In this document: in pieces, positions 45,779 to 55,521 of the stretch
How the letters are laid out: every line of letters starts with the position of its first letter
Numbering within the stretch: position 1 is the first letter of the stretch
Assembly (NCBI GenBank): GCA_050012475.1
Contig: JBEKHC010000022.1
Coordinates: forward strand, 1-55,521
DNA from: Candidatus Velthaea sp.
GTDB lineage: Bacteria > Vulcanimicrobiota > Vulcanimicrobiia > Vulcanimicrobiales > Vulcanimicrobiaceae
DNA: 55,521 bases
Direction: 5' to 3'
The notes under the pieces: generated by a model
What the model was told of the DNA's origin: nothing
What the model saw: only the letters and a program-made list of their open reading frames with translations
The model's database searches: none
Program-made: the position numbers and the translations under genes

Positions 45779-47323
45779 GTGGTCGTGCTGATTCTCTTGG
45801 GCGTTCTGAAGCGGCCAGCTTGGCAGGCCTCGCTGGCTGGCCTCATCGTAGCATTTTTCATCGCGATCTTTGGCTGGCAGTTTCCCGTCAACCTCGCGCT
45901 AAGCAGCACGGTCAACGGCATGACGTTCGCGCTTTGGCCCGTGATGTGGATCGTCTTCAATGCGCTTCTGCTCTACAACGTCGCCGTCGCCTCGGGGCGT
46001 TTCGATGCCTTCCGCGATTGGATCTTTCAAAACTTGCCGAACGACCGGCGCGTCGTCCTCATCGTCATCGGTTACTGTTTCGGAGCGCTGCTCGAGGGCA
46101 TCGCCGGCTTCGGCACGCCCATCGCGATCTGCAGCTCGCTGCTGATACTCGTCGGCTGGCCGGCATTGGAGGCGTTGACCTTCATGCTGATCCTCGACAC
46201 GGCGCCGGTTGCATTCGGCGCGCTTGGCGTGCCGATTACTGTTCTCGCAGCAGTTACGCACCTTCCCGACACCGCGCTCGGCGCCATGGTCGGACGACAA
46301 TTGCCGTTCATCGCGCTGATCGTGCCGTTCTATGTCATTGGGATCTACGGCGGCCGACGGTCGATTGCCGCACTGTGGCCCATGCTGCTCGTCGCCGGCG
46401 GCAGCTTCGCACTCTTGGAGTTTTTCGCCTCGAACTTCGCGGATTATCGACTGACCGACATCTTGTCGTCGCTCGGCTCCTTGATTATCACCATCTTGTT
46501 CCTGCGCACCTGGCGCCCAGCGCTCGATCCGAAATATGCGCTGCATGGCGAGTTCCAAACGGAAGCCTCAGCAACAGCGGCCGCCACACCGAGCGCGCCC
46601 GCGTGGCAGGGATGGTTGCCGTGGCTCCTCGTTTCCGCTGTCGTCATCGTCTGGACGTTTCTGAAGATCTTCACCATCGCCGAAGCAAAGGTCCCGTGGC
46701 CGGGGTTGGACAATGCGGTTTTCATTACGTTATACAACCAGCCGTATGCCGCGGTGTGGGATTTCCAGCCGCTTGCGACGGGTACCGCGATCCTACTCGC
46801 AACCGTTCTCACCGCCGCGTTCGTGGGCGTCGATCCACGCGGCTTTATCGACTGCGCAGCGCGGACCTGGAAACAAATATGGATCGCGGTGATTACGGTG
46901 GCGCTCGTCCTCGGACTCGCCTACCTGATGAACTACTCAGGCATGACGTACACGCTCGGGAAAGGCGTCGCGTCGCTGGGAATCCTGTTCCCTTTGGCTT
47001 CGGCCTTCCTCGGTTGGATCGGAGGGTTTCTCACTGGCAGCGACACGTCGGCAAACGCGCTGTTCGGTAACCTACAAGTCGTTGCATCGAACCAGCTCCA
47101 ACTCAATCCGATCCTGTTCGCGGCCACCAATGACTCAGGGGGTGCCCTGGGTAAGATGATATCGCCGCAGAATCTTACGACCGCGGTGTCGGTAACGGAC
47201 TTGAAGGGCAAGGAGGGTGTGGTGTTTGCTCGGACATTCAAGCATAGCATCGTGTTGACAGTCATACTCTGTCTCCTGGTGGTGGTCCAGCAGTACTTGT
47301 TTCCCAGTGTTATCCCTCACTAG
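45779..47323 (+). CDS. lctP: L-lactate permease
   Basis: FGALLEGIAGFGTP, TAPVAFGALGVP, GSDTSANALFG, GKMISPQN. The N-terminus may be truncated (in-frame TGA at 45719). Confidence 0.9.
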   Translation: MVVLILLGVLKRPAWQASLAGLIVAFFIAIFGWQFPVNLALSSTVNGMTFALWPVMWIVFNALLLYNVAVASGRFDAFRDWIFQNLPNDRRVVLIVIGYCFGALLEGIAGFGTPIAICSSLLILVGWPALEALTFMLILDTAPVAFGALGVPITVLAAVTHLPDTALGAMVGRQLPFIALIVPFYVIGIYGGRRSIAALWPMLLVAGGSFALLEFFASNFADYRLTDILSSLGSLIITILFLRTWRPALDPKYALHGEFQTEASATAAATPSAPAWQGWLPWLLVSAVVIVWTFLKIFTIAEAKVPWPGLDNAVFITLYNQPYAAVWDFQPLATGTAILLATVLTAAFVGVDPRGFIDCAARTWKQIWIAVITVALVLGLAYLMNYSGMTYTLGKGVASLGILFPLASAFLGWIGGFLTGSDTSANALFGNLQVVASNQLQLNPILFAATNDSGGALGKMISPQNLTTAVSVTDLKGKEGVVFARTFKHSIVLTVILCLLVVVQQYLFPSVIPH

Positions 47324-47325
47324 CG

Positions 47326-48096
47326 ATGCGAGCCGTAGCTGAGTCCCCGCGGGTGGGTTTGTTCGTCACCTGTATCGTGGACGCGATGAGGCCTCGCATC
47401 GGGTTCGCCGCGATCAGCCTGCTCGAAGATGCCGGCTGCCGGGTCGAGGTTCCGAGCGCCCAAACCTGCTGCGGTCAGCCCGCCCTCAACAGCGGCGATC
47501 TTCAAACGGTGACCGCACTCGCGCGCCGCTTCATCGAGGCATTCGAAGTCTACGACTATGTCGTCGCCCCGTCCGGCTCATGCGCCGGAACGATTCGAGA
47601 ATTCTACGCGAAAATGCTGGCCGAAGATGAACGCTGGGCATCTCGCGCACGCGCGCTGAGCGCGAAGACATACGAGATCATGAGTTTTCTCGTGGACGTG
47701 CTCAACTATTTGCCCAGCGGTGTTACGCTCGCGGGCACCGCGACGTACCATGACAGCTGCCACGGTTTGCGCGAATTGGGCGTGTTCGCGCAGCCCCGAG
47801 CGCTCTTGGGTGCGGTCGACGGCCTGGAGTTGCGGGAACTCGAAGCCAGCGAGATTTGCTGCGGTTTTGGCGGAGCGTTCTGCGTCAAGTATCCTGGGAT
47901 CTCGAACGCCATTGTCGAGGAAAAGGCGGCGTTTATCGAAAAGACGCAAGCCGATCTCCTGCTTGCCGGCGACTTAGGCTGCCTGATGAACATGGCTGGG
48001 AAGCTGCACCGTCGCGGATCGCGCGTTCGAGCGTTTCACGCCATCGAGGTTCTCGCCGGCCTGGCGAGCGGCCCCGCAATCGGCGAAGAGGAGTAA
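47326..48096 (+). CDS. lutA: Lactate utilisation protein A (CCG Fe-S protein)
   Basis: LFVTCIVD, QTCCGQPALNSG, PSGSC, YHDSCH, CCGFGG.F, DLGCLMN. Confidence 0.92.
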   Translation: MRAVAESPRVGLFVTCIVDAMRPRIGFAAISLLEDAGCRVEVPSAQTCCGQPALNSGDLQTVTALARRFIEAFEVYDYVVAPSGSCAGTIREFYAKMLAEDERWASRARALSAKTYEIMSFLVDVLNYLPSGVTLAGTATYHDSCHGLRELGVFAQPRALLGAVDGLELRELEASEICCGFGGAFCVKYPGISNAIVEEKAAFIEKTQADLLLAGDLGCLMNMAGKLHRRGSRVRAFHAIEVLAGLASGPAIGEEE

Positions 48097-48100
48097 AGCC

Positions 48101-49516
48101 ATGCAGCTCGATCCCGCGCGTTTCAAGGAAAGCGTAGAGGCAGCGTTGGCCGATCGATCGCTCAAACGGGCGATCGACATAACAACCCTCACCGCCGAAC
48201 GCAAGCGCGCCGCGGTCGTTGCGGAGTTTGCCGAATTCGAAGTTGCGCGGGATTACGGGCGACGGATCAAAGATCACGTGATCGAGCATCTCGGGCATTA
48301 TTTGCTCGAGTTCGAGCGCAACGCGACTGCCTCAGGTGCTACGCTGCACTGGGCGGCCAACGCCGAGGAAGGCCGCCGGATCGTGGTCGACATCTGCAAG
48401 GCGGCTGGAGTCCGGCGCGTAACTCGCGCCAAATCTATGGTCGGCGAGGAGATCGGGCTACCGGAGGCACTCGCTGACGCCGGAATCGAGCGGGTCGAGA
48501 CGGATCTCGCAGAGCACATCATCCAGCTTTTCGACGATCCCCCGTCACACATCGTCTGGCCGGCCATGCATCGCTCGCGCGAGCAGGTGTCCGCGCTGTT
48601 TAAAGAACACCACCGCAATCCGAACCAAGAAGAGAGCATCGCGGACCTGGTCGAGAGTGCCAGGCGCGAACTCCGGGACAAATACCTATCATCTGATGCG
48701 AGTATTACCGGCGGCAACTTCCTGATCGCCGACACGGGCACGGTGTGCACCGTCACCAACGAAGGCAACCTCGAGTTGGGAGTCATTCCCGCGCGCCTGC
48801 ATATCGTCACGACGGGAATTGAGAAGCTCGTCCCATCGATCGCGCATTGCTTCGAGCTGCTCCGGCTGCTGGCGCGCTCTGCAGTGGGCGCGGAACTCAC
48901 GGCCTACACGAGCTTCTTCCGCGGGGCCAGACAACACGGCGACCAAGATGGTCCCGAAGCGCTGCACATCGTTCTCGTCGACAACGGTCGCTCGCGTATG
49001 CTCAACGACGAGATGCGCGAAATGCTGCGCTGCATCCGTTGCGGCGCATGCCTCAACCATTGCGCCGTGTACCGGCAGATCGGCGGCCATGCCTATGGTT
49101 CCATCTATCCTGGACCCATGGGCGCCGTGATTACGCCGGAACTGGTTGGGCTCAAGCATGCGAAGGATTTACCGGAAGCCTGCTCGCTCAATGGCCACTG
49201 CGAGGAAGTCTGTCCGGTCAAAATACCTCTGCCGAAGCTGCTTCTGCGCTTACGTCAACAGGGCCGAAGTGAGGGCTTGCAGCCAAGAACTGCGCGGCTA
49301 GGCTTCGGGTTGTGGGCGTCGGTGGTCACCCGCCCGCGTCTCTATCGCGCGGCGAGTAGCATGGGCGTGTGGGCGCTGCGCCGGCTTCGCCGAGGCGGCT
49401 GGATCACGCGCTTGCCGCTCGTTGGCGGTTGGACCCGGTACCGAGACATGCCCGGACCGTCGGGCAAGACGTTCATGCAATTGTACCGAGAAAAGCGCGG
49501 AGGATCGCCAAAGTGA
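48101..49516 (+). CDS. lutB: Lactate utilisation protein B (Fe-S)
   Basis: KSMVGEEI, ETDLAE, PSHIVWPA, TNEGN, CIRCGACLNHC, YPGPMG, CSLNGHCEEVCPVKI. Confidence 0.93.
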   Translation: MQLDPARFKESVEAALADRSLKRAIDITTLTAERKRAAVVAEFAEFEVARDYGRRIKDHVIEHLGHYLLEFERNATASGATLHWAANAEEGRRIVVDICKAAGVRRVTRAKSMVGEEIGLPEALADAGIERVETDLAEHIIQLFDDPPSHIVWPAMHRSREQVSALFKEHHRNPNQEESIADLVESARRELRDKYLSSDASITGGNFLIADTGTVCTVTNEGNLELGVIPARLHIVTTGIEKLVPSIAHCFELLRLLARSAVGAELTAYTSFFRGARQHGDQDGPEALHIVLVDNGRSRMLNDEMREMLRCIRCGACLNHCAVYRQIGGHAYGSIYPGPMGAVITPELVGLKHAKDLPEACSLNGHCEEVCPVKIPLPKLLLRLRQQGRSEGLQPRTARLGFGLWASVVTRPRLYRAASSMGVWALRRLRRGGWITRLPLVGGWTRYRDMPGPSGKTFMQLYREKRGGSPK

Positions 49517-50166
49517 GCGACAGCCGAACGACAATTCTTCGCGCGGTCCATCGGGCGTCGGGTGGGACCCTCGATGCAGTGGCAATCAGGGAGCAGGCGG
49601 CAGCTCTGGTGGCCGAGCCGTGGCGTTATCGACCGGCGTCGGGCGGCGTGGGAATCGTCGAGCGTTTTGTGGGCAAGCTAACGTCTCCACGGCTTGCGGG
49701 CACGCACGACCGCATCGCACAGATCGTCGACTTGCCGCGCGCGGTTACCCGCTATTTGCAAACACACGACTTACCGTTTAGTGTCGCACTCGAACCGGAA
49801 CCGAGCCTTTGCGCGCTCGATTGGGATGCCATTGAAGTGCACCCGACGATTGCGGCAAACGAGGCGGTGAGCGTGGGGATTGCGCGTTGGGGAATCGCCG
49901 AAACCGGAACGCTCGTGTTCCACTCCGGTCCTCATAGCCCGGGGCTTTTCAGCTTTCTGCCGCTCCATCACATTGTTGCGCTGCGTGTTGATACGATCGT
50001 CGCCTATATGGAGGATTATGCTGCTGCGTTCGCTCGAAGCGACGAAGGTCAGCCTCGCATGATCAACTTCATTACGGGGTCGAGCGGCACGACCGATATC
50101 GAAGCCACCTTCGTTCGCGGCGCGCACGGACCGCGGTACCTGCACGTCATCCTGGTCGGCGCTTAG
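49513..50166 (+). CDS. lutC: Lactate utilisation protein C (LUD domain)
   Basis: GIAETGTL, LPLHHI, FITGSSGTTDIE..GAHGP; GTGA overlap with lutB. Confidence 0.9.
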   Translation: MSDSRTTILRAVHRASGGTLDAVAIREQAAALVAEPWRYRPASGGVGIVERFVGKLTSPRLAGTHDRIAQIVDLPRAVTRYLQTHDLPFSVALEPEPSLCALDWDAIEVHPTIAANEAVSVGIARWGIAETGTLVFHSGPHSPGLFSFLPLHHIVALRVDTIVAYMEDYAAAFARSDEGQPRMINFITGSSGTTDIEATFVRGAHGPRYLHVILVGA

Positions 50167-50351
50167 CGCGCGCGATCTCGGTCTGGCCTCCTGGCGCGGT
50201 CGGCTAGGCAGATGACCCGTCACCGTTGCCGCCCGGCACGGTCTTTCGTCACGTTTGCGCCGACTCGACGGCGCTCGGATCCTCATCTCCGCGTGATGTC
50301 GACCGGTTCGCGCCTGGAAGAACGAGAAACCTAATGAAAGAGCCTTCGGTG

Positions 50352-50429
50352 GGATGACACGAGAGAGAAGGCGCGAGAGTCTCGCGTCGAGTTTTGTGAG
50401 GCTCGGGTGAAATTCCCGGGCCCCTTGAC
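50352..50429 (+). mobile_element. Degenerate group II intron 3' end (domains V-VI remnant)
   Basis: GGATGACACGAG..GCGCGAGAGTCTCGCGTCGAGTTTTGTGAGGCTCGGGTGAAATTCCCGGGCCCCTTGAC resembles bacterial group II intron 3' ends (..GAGAGT.TCACGTCCGGTTCTGTGAGAGGCTCGGGGTGAAATTCCCCGGGCCTACTCG.C, recalled). No RT ORF nearby. Confidence 0.6.
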
Positions 50430-50462
50430 CTTTTGATGTTTCGAGGCGCGCGGGAAAGCGGC

Positions 50463-50627
50463 CTAAGGCAACTCTTCTAGCTCCCCTTTCTCTCGTAGCC
50501 TCTCAAGTTCGCACTCCGCGCGCCCTTCGGCAGCAACGATTTCGGCTTCAAGACGGTCGTCATCGGTTCGCACAGGTTGGGGTTCCTCCGGTGATTTCAG
50601 ACTATCATTCTCGGCTTTATTTTCCAT
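50463..50627 (-). CDS. Small acidic hypothetical protein (54 aa)
   Basis: AAGGAG RBS before MENKAENDS... Confidence 0.45.
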   Translation of the reverse strand: MENKAENDSLKSPEEPQPVRTDDDRLEAEIVAAEGRAECELERLREKGELEELP

Positions 50628-50804
50628 CTTCGCTCCTTTCGGTTTCGTTTCAAACTTCGCTCCTTGCCCGAAGCGCCTTGCGTTCAAAGGTGTGTGTCGC
50701 GGGCGCCGAGTCGCGTTAGCGCGCGCCTGCGTTTGGACGTTTAGTGACGGTCGGGTTAACTAACTCACCGCCCAAGCGCGAGCGGAACCTTCCCCGTATG
50801 GGCC

Positions 50805-51425
50805 TTGACTGCTTTCACTGGGCTGCCGATCCCGCCCGATACCACCGACGACGAACTCGTCGCCATGTGGCTGCACGGCAAGAGCCCCAACACCATCCGG
50901 GCTTACCGTGAGGACGTTGCCGCCTTCCGGGCCTTCACCGGCAAGAGTCTGCGCGCGACCTATCTGTCCGATCTGCAGCGCTGCGCGGACAACGTTGTCG
51001 GTGCGCCGACGACCCTCGCACGCCGGCTGCGGGCGCTCAAGTCGCTGCTGTCGTTCGCGGCCAAGCTAGACTACCTGGCCTTCAACTTCGGGGCCGCGCT
51101 GCGCGGACCCAAGCTCGAGCAGAAGCTGGCCGAACGGATCCTCAGCGAACGGCAGGTCTTCGCGCTGCTTGAGGCTGTCGAAGATCAGCTGCGCGACCAC
51201 GCCTTGACCCGCCTTCTTTAAACAATGGCGATAATGGCGGACTGCGGGCGTCGGAGCTCGTCACCCCACGCTGGCGCAACCTCGTCGAAGGGGTGGCCAA
51301 CGTGACTGGTAGGGGGCAAGACGCGGGTGGTGCCGCTCTCGCGCGGCACGTGGGAAGAACTCCAGGCCCTGCGAACTGCCGAGACGATCGGCGAGGACTT
51401 CCTCTTTCCGATGAGCGCGGTCAAA
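50805..51425 (+). pseudogene. Tyrosine recombinase/integrase pseudogene
   Basis: WLHGKSPNTIRAY, ARRLRALKSLLSF, RDHALTRLL then TAA at 51219-51221. Downstream GGLRASEL..RWRNL..ANVTG..LSRGTWEEL..FPMSAV; the C-terminal catalytic half is missing. Confidence 0.8.
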
Positions 51426-51563
51426 GGCGCTGCAGAGGCACCTTGCCTTGATGTGCTAAGCGTCGCGAGCTGCTACGCCGATTACCTAAATGGCAGTGCA
51501 GACAACGACTTGCCTTTCGCGCTTGTGTTTGTGCTTGCAAATCGCCAGGGAGGCGCATATGCC

Positions 51564-53822
51564 ATGCTGAGGGGCGCGCGATTCGCCCGGAAAGCCCGTC
51601 CGGCAGTGGCGGTGCCGGATGATGGGCTTGATCCATTTCTGCGGAGGCTCGTCGAGGCCGGTCGACCCTGCCACAGTCGGCTTTTGCGCCGAGCTCTGCG
51701 GGTCGTCGGGATCGATCCGTCGACGTTTCGCGGATTGCTTGCCGATTTGCTCGACAATCGGTTTGCACGTGCGTTCGAGAGCGCACCGTTCGCAATGTCG
51801 TTGGTAAGCGCGCGAACAGAGTCGCTCGGACGTTACCTCCAAGCCAACCAAGCGTACTGCGAAATTGTCGGGTACTCGCAAGAAGAGCTGCGGGCGATGA
51901 CGGTTTGGTCGGTCGTGCATCCCGATGACGCGGAACGCTACGTTGAAGTCGTCCACGACCTCATCGCCGGCCGTGCGACTGCCGTCGACTGGGAACTGCG
52001 CGTACTCTCCCGCGACGGGGCGGTGGTCTGGATGCGGCAACGCCGCTCGCTGGTGTGCGATGACGCCGGCAACCCGCTCTACCTTTTCTCGTACAGCGAG
52101 GACGTTACGCAGCGCAAGGCCGAGCAGGCGGCGTTTACCGAGGCGACTCAGCGGCTCCACCACTGCTTCGAGAACGCCCCGATCGCAATGGTGATGCTGA
52201 GCATCGATCCCGCCGATTCGGGCCGCTATCTCGAAGTGAACCGGGCGGCCTGTGAACTCACGGGCTACTCGCGCGAGCAGATGCTTGAGTTGCGCAACCA
52301 CGATATCATCCACCCGGACGACCGGGACGATGCGCGGGCGATGCAGCGCTTGACCGATGGGGACGTGGACTCGTACGAAGCCGAGATGCGCATCATCCGC
52401 GCCGACGGTCAAATCGCATGGTGCTTGACCAAACGGTCAATCGTGCGACACCTCGACGGGAAGCCATTCTACTGCATTGCACAAGTCGTCGACCTCACCG
52501 CGCGCAAACGCGCAGAAGAGCGCCTGCAGCACCTGGCGGATCACGATCTGCTCACCGGCCTGCTCAACCGAAGGGGCTTCGAGCGCGCGCTCAAGGGACA
52601 CCTCGCCGAACTTCAGCGTTACCGCCGGCGCAGTGCCCTGCTCCTCATCGATCTCGATTACTTCAAATATGTCAACGATACGCTGGGTCATGCCGCCGGA
52701 GACGAGCTGCTCCGCACCATCAGCACCGCGCTCGCCCAACGCTGCCGCTCCAGTGATATCCTAGCGCGGCTTGGCGGCGATGAATTTGCGCTGATCCTCC
52801 CTGAAGCCGACGCGACCACCGCACAGGACGTTGCCGACGATCTGTGCCTGATCATTCGCGAGAAAGCGTGTGTTCAGGATGCGCCCCGGATGCACGTAAC
52901 GGCGAGCATCGGAATCCTGCCCCTGGATGCCACGACGGGGATGACGGCTCAAGAGGCGCTCGTTGCGGTCGATATAGCGATGTACGAGGCCAAAGACGCC
53001 GGGCGGGATCGAGTGCGGTTGGCCACAACCACGACCGAGTCCCAAGCCAGCATGCAGACGCAGCTGGCATGTGCCGAACGCCTGCGCAACGCCCTGCGGG
53101 ACGACGCCTTCGTGCTGTATCAGCAGCCGATCATGAATCTCGCGCATGGCGCGATTGACCGATGTGAGGTGCTCCTCCGACTGCGGGACGGTGACGGCAC
53201 CGTGATCACCCCGGACGCCTTTTTGCCGGTAGCCGAACGCTTCGGGCTGATGCAGCAGATCGATCGGTGGGTAATTCGGGAGGCGATCCGATTCGTCGCC
53301 GTCGAGCACCGGGCCGATCGCAACGTTCAGGTATCGATCAACCTCTCCGGGTCATCGCTGACCGACCTCGGCGTGCTGGCATGTATTGAGGACGAGCTCC
53401 GGCGTACCGGGGTCGACCCGAGGGCCTTGGTCTTCGAGGCCACGGAGACGGTCGCGATTCGGAACATCGCACAGGCCTGCCGCTTTGCCCAGCGACTCGC
53501 CGATATCGGCTGCGCCTTCGCCCTGGACGATTTCGGAGCGGGCTTCAGCTCGTTTCATTATCTCAAGCATCTGTCGTTCGACTACCTGAAGATCGACGGC
53601 GAGTTCATCTGCAACCTCAGGCAAAATCCCGTCGATCAACAGATCGTCAAAGCGATCGTGCAGATGGCCGTTGGTCTTGGGAAGCAAACCATCGCTGAAT
53701 TCGTCGGTGACGCAGCGACAGTGGATTTGCTGCGGCAGTATGGCGTGAATTTTGCTCAGGGCTACCATATTGGTAAACCCCGGCCGCTTCTTGAAACGCA
53801 CACGTTCGCACGATTCACGTAA
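51564..53822 (+). CDS. PAS-PAS-GGDEF-EAL protein
   Basis: Two PAS/PAC domains (VHPDD, IHPDD), HDLLTGLLNRR, RLGGDEF, EVLLR, LDDFGAGFSS, KIDGEF, QGY. Start inferred from the GGAGG RBS. Confidence 0.9.
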   Translation: MLRGARFARKARPAVAVPDDGLDPFLRRLVEAGRPCHSRLLRRALRVVGIDPSTFRGLLADLLDNRFARAFESAPFAMSLVSARTESLGRYLQANQAYCEIVGYSQEELRAMTVWSVVHPDDAERYVEVVHDLIAGRATAVDWELRVLSRDGAVVWMRQRRSLVCDDAGNPLYLFSYSEDVTQRKAEQAAFTEATQRLHHCFENAPIAMVMLSIDPADSGRYLEVNRAACELTGYSREQMLELRNHDIIHPDDRDDARAMQRLTDGDVDSYEAEMRIIRADGQIAWCLTKRSIVRHLDGKPFYCIAQVVDLTARKRAEERLQHLADHDLLTGLLNRRGFERALKGHLAELQRYRRRSALLLIDLDYFKYVNDTLGHAAGDELLRTISTALAQRCRSSDILARLGGDEFALILPEADATTAQDVADDLCLIIREKACVQDAPRMHVTASIGILPLDATTGMTAQEALVAVDIAMYEAKDAGRDRVRLATTTTESQASMQTQLACAERLRNALRDDAFVLYQQPIMNLAHGAIDRCEVLLRLRDGDGTVITPDAFLPVAERFGLMQQIDRWVIREAIRFVAVEHRADRNVQVSINLSGSSLTDLGVLACIEDELRRTGVDPRALVFEATETVAIRNIAQACRFAQRLADIGCAFALDDFGAGFSSFHYLKHLSFDYLKIDGEFICNLRQNPVDQQIVKAIVQMAVGLGKQTIAEFVGDAATVDLLRQYGVNFAQGYHIGKPRPLLETHTFARFT

Positions 53823-53865
53823 TGACGACGATCGACGACTGGGCCAGCGGGCGGCAGAGGCTCGC

Positions 53866-55056
53866 GTGAGAGTGCCTCATGGGCCGTTGAGCAAGACGAT
53901 CGAGCGGCAGCTCGTAGCGACGCTCTTCAACCAGCGATCGGTTCTCGTTGCTGGCAACGCGGCGCTCATCATCGTGGCCGTCGTCGGCTGGCTTGAGTCC
54001 GCGCAAAACTGGTTCTTGACCTGGGCGATCGCCATTGCGTTCACTCTTGGGGCACGCTTGGCGATCGAATTGGTATTCGATCGGCGTTCCGGCCCCGACT
54101 GCTGCCCTGCGTTTTGGGGTCGAATATACGCCGCTGGTTGCTGGGCAACGGGTGCCCTTCTAGGATGCTCGGCGTTCGTCATCGTCAAGCACGTCCATCC
54201 GCTCATCCAAATGTTGGTCCTTTCGACCGAACTCGTGTTCATCATGGGTTCGATGGCACGCATTTGCGCGTGTCCGGTCATCGCGAAAGGGCAAGCGTTG
54301 CTCGGGCTGGTTCCCATCTTCGTCGTCTGCGTGGTGCAGAACGACGTCTATTATCGCGTCTTTTCGCTGGCGATATGCTTCGAGTTGTACGGGGCGTTCG
54401 CGCTCGTGCACTATCTGAATGTGCGTACCGTTTGTCTTTTACGCCTGAACGAAGAGAATACGGCGCTCGTGGCGGAGGTGCGGCGAACCAACACGGAGCT
54501 GATCGCGGCGAACCTCCGGCTCGAGGCGGCGGCCACAACCGACTCGCTCACCGGCATCGAGAACCGTCGTCGTTTCGACGTCGTGCTCGCAGAAGAAGTG
54601 CGTCAGGCGAGACGCCATTCCGACGAGATCGCGCTGCTAATGCTCGACCTTGACTCGTTCAAGGGTCTCAACGACCTCTACGGGCATCAGGCAGGCGACG
54701 AGTGCTTACGGCGCGTCGCCCAAACGTTCGCGGCGTCGTTACGGCGTCCGCGCGATTTCGTCGCGCGCTATGGAGGAGAAGAGTTTGTGGCCGTGCTGCC
54801 GCGAACGAATGCGCTAAGTGCAGCGGCCTTGGCGGAAGTGGTGCGGGCAAACATCGCGGCGCTGGGGATCGTCAATGCCGCTGCGGACGCGGGTGTCGTT
54901 ACCGCCAGCATCGGCGTCACGAGCCTCTCGCCGGATCATTTCCAGGGGCCCGAGGATTTGATCCGCGCTGCTGATGAAGCGCTTTATTCCGCGAAGGGAG
55001 CCGGCCGCAATTGCGTTCGTATCGCCCGTTGCGAGGGTGGTCTGTTGCAATCGTGA
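53866..55056 (+). CDS. Membrane-anchored diguanylate cyclase
   Basis: N-terminal hydrophobic segments, TDSLTGIENRR, RPRD I-site, RYGGEEF. Start codon approximate. Confidence 0.9.
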   Translation: MRVPHGPLSKTIERQLVATLFNQRSVLVAGNAALIIVAVVGWLESAQNWFLTWAIAIAFTLGARLAIELVFDRRSGPDCCPAFWGRIYAAGCWATGALLGCSAFVIVKHVHPLIQMLVLSTELVFIMGSMARICACPVIAKGQALLGLVPIFVVCVVQNDVYYRVFSLAICFELYGAFALVHYLNVRTVCLLRLNEENTALVAEVRRTNTELIAANLRLEAAATTDSLTGIENRRRFDVVLAEEVRQARRHSDEIALLMLDLDSFKGLNDLYGHQAGDECLRRVAQTFAASLRRPRDFVARYGGEEFVAVLPRTNALSAAALAEVVRANIAALGIVNAAADAGVVTASIGVTSLSPDHFQGPEDLIRAADEALYSAKGAGRNCVRIARCEGGLLQS

Positions 55057-55432
55057 GTTTTTCCCGGGATGAGCGAGCTCTTGACGAGATTCTGCGTTCA
55101 GGCGTCGGGCAGGGGTTCGAGATTCCATGTCGACCTGCGATGAACGCGCAATCGACCGAGAAACTGAATGTAGGACGAATCCGAAGTAGGAACCAAACCT
55201 GGCAATCGTGATCGCCGCGTGTCCGTAGCCCTTCAACTCTAGGGCCCGAGGTGAGCGTTCCGCTCGGCTCGCTGGCATCCGCGAGATCCCGGTCTCATCC
55301 CACTTTCCTGCGCCGCTCCCACGCGAACAGCATTTCTTCTTGCGTTACGAACTCTAACCGCAAGCCGCAAGCCGGCTACTCGGACTAAAGAACGACTGAG
55401 CATGCTCCGAAAAGACAATTGAGGGGCACCGT

Positions 55433-55521
55433 ATGCTTCGCGGTAGGCTACGCTTCAAGTCCGGTATTTCAACGTCGCGGTCGGTGTTGTTCGTCGTCGC
55501 GGCCGCGCTCCTGTACCTCGA
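55433..55521 (+). CDS. Start of a hypothetical (possibly exported or membrane) protein, partial
   Basis: GAGGGG RBS, then MLRGRLRFKSGISTSRSVLFVVAAALLYL to the window edge. Confidence 0.35.
   Translation, partial: MLRGRLRFKSGISTSRSVLFVVAAALLYL

Noticed and set aside
45779..50166. Functional link between the lactate operon and the RiPP cluster
   Set aside because: lctP-lutABC is a common housekeeping module separated from the cluster by unrelated and decayed genes.
1..55521. CRISPR array, tRNA or rRNA genes
   Set aside because: No regularly spaced repeats or recognisable structural RNA genes were seen by eye; tRNAscan/Infernal were not run.

Overview
GC-rich bacterial window. The gene content resembles Eremiobacterota/Vulcanimicrobiota, which is an inference only. 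The main feature is a ~17 kb RiPP biosynthetic cluster (25341-42406). It has a full-length LanB dehydratase and a divergent MalT-like LuxR regulator. These are followed by a tightly coupled 10-gene operon: secreted protein A, E1-like/RRE partner, azoline-forming YcaO, SagB-type dehydrogenase, CPBP protease, ABC-2 exporter ATPase and permease, TonB-receptor-like protein, secreted protein B (paralogue of A), and a PQQ alcohol dehydrogenase with the lanthanide-type DYD motif. A 52-aa precursor gene missed by the ORF track lies on the minus strand (42248-42406): MSEQVTDTITPEFVDDFDDLVVTVMSSEPQTRGRAA-SSCCSSSSCCCCHSVF. No LanC or pyridine synthase is visible. The rest of the window holds three c-di-GMP enzymes, a WYL regulator/VOC pair with a perfect operator palindrome, an aldehyde dehydrogenase and a BNR-repeat/MoaD pair. 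It also has a large HK-REC-SpoIIE-anti-sigma fusion, an IclR/sugar-binding fusion regulator with an Afr-like sugar ABC operon, and an lctP-lutABC lactate operon. Several decayed elements are present: cupin, DUF899, DoxX and integrase pseudogenes, an IS1380 end and a group II intron 3' remnant.
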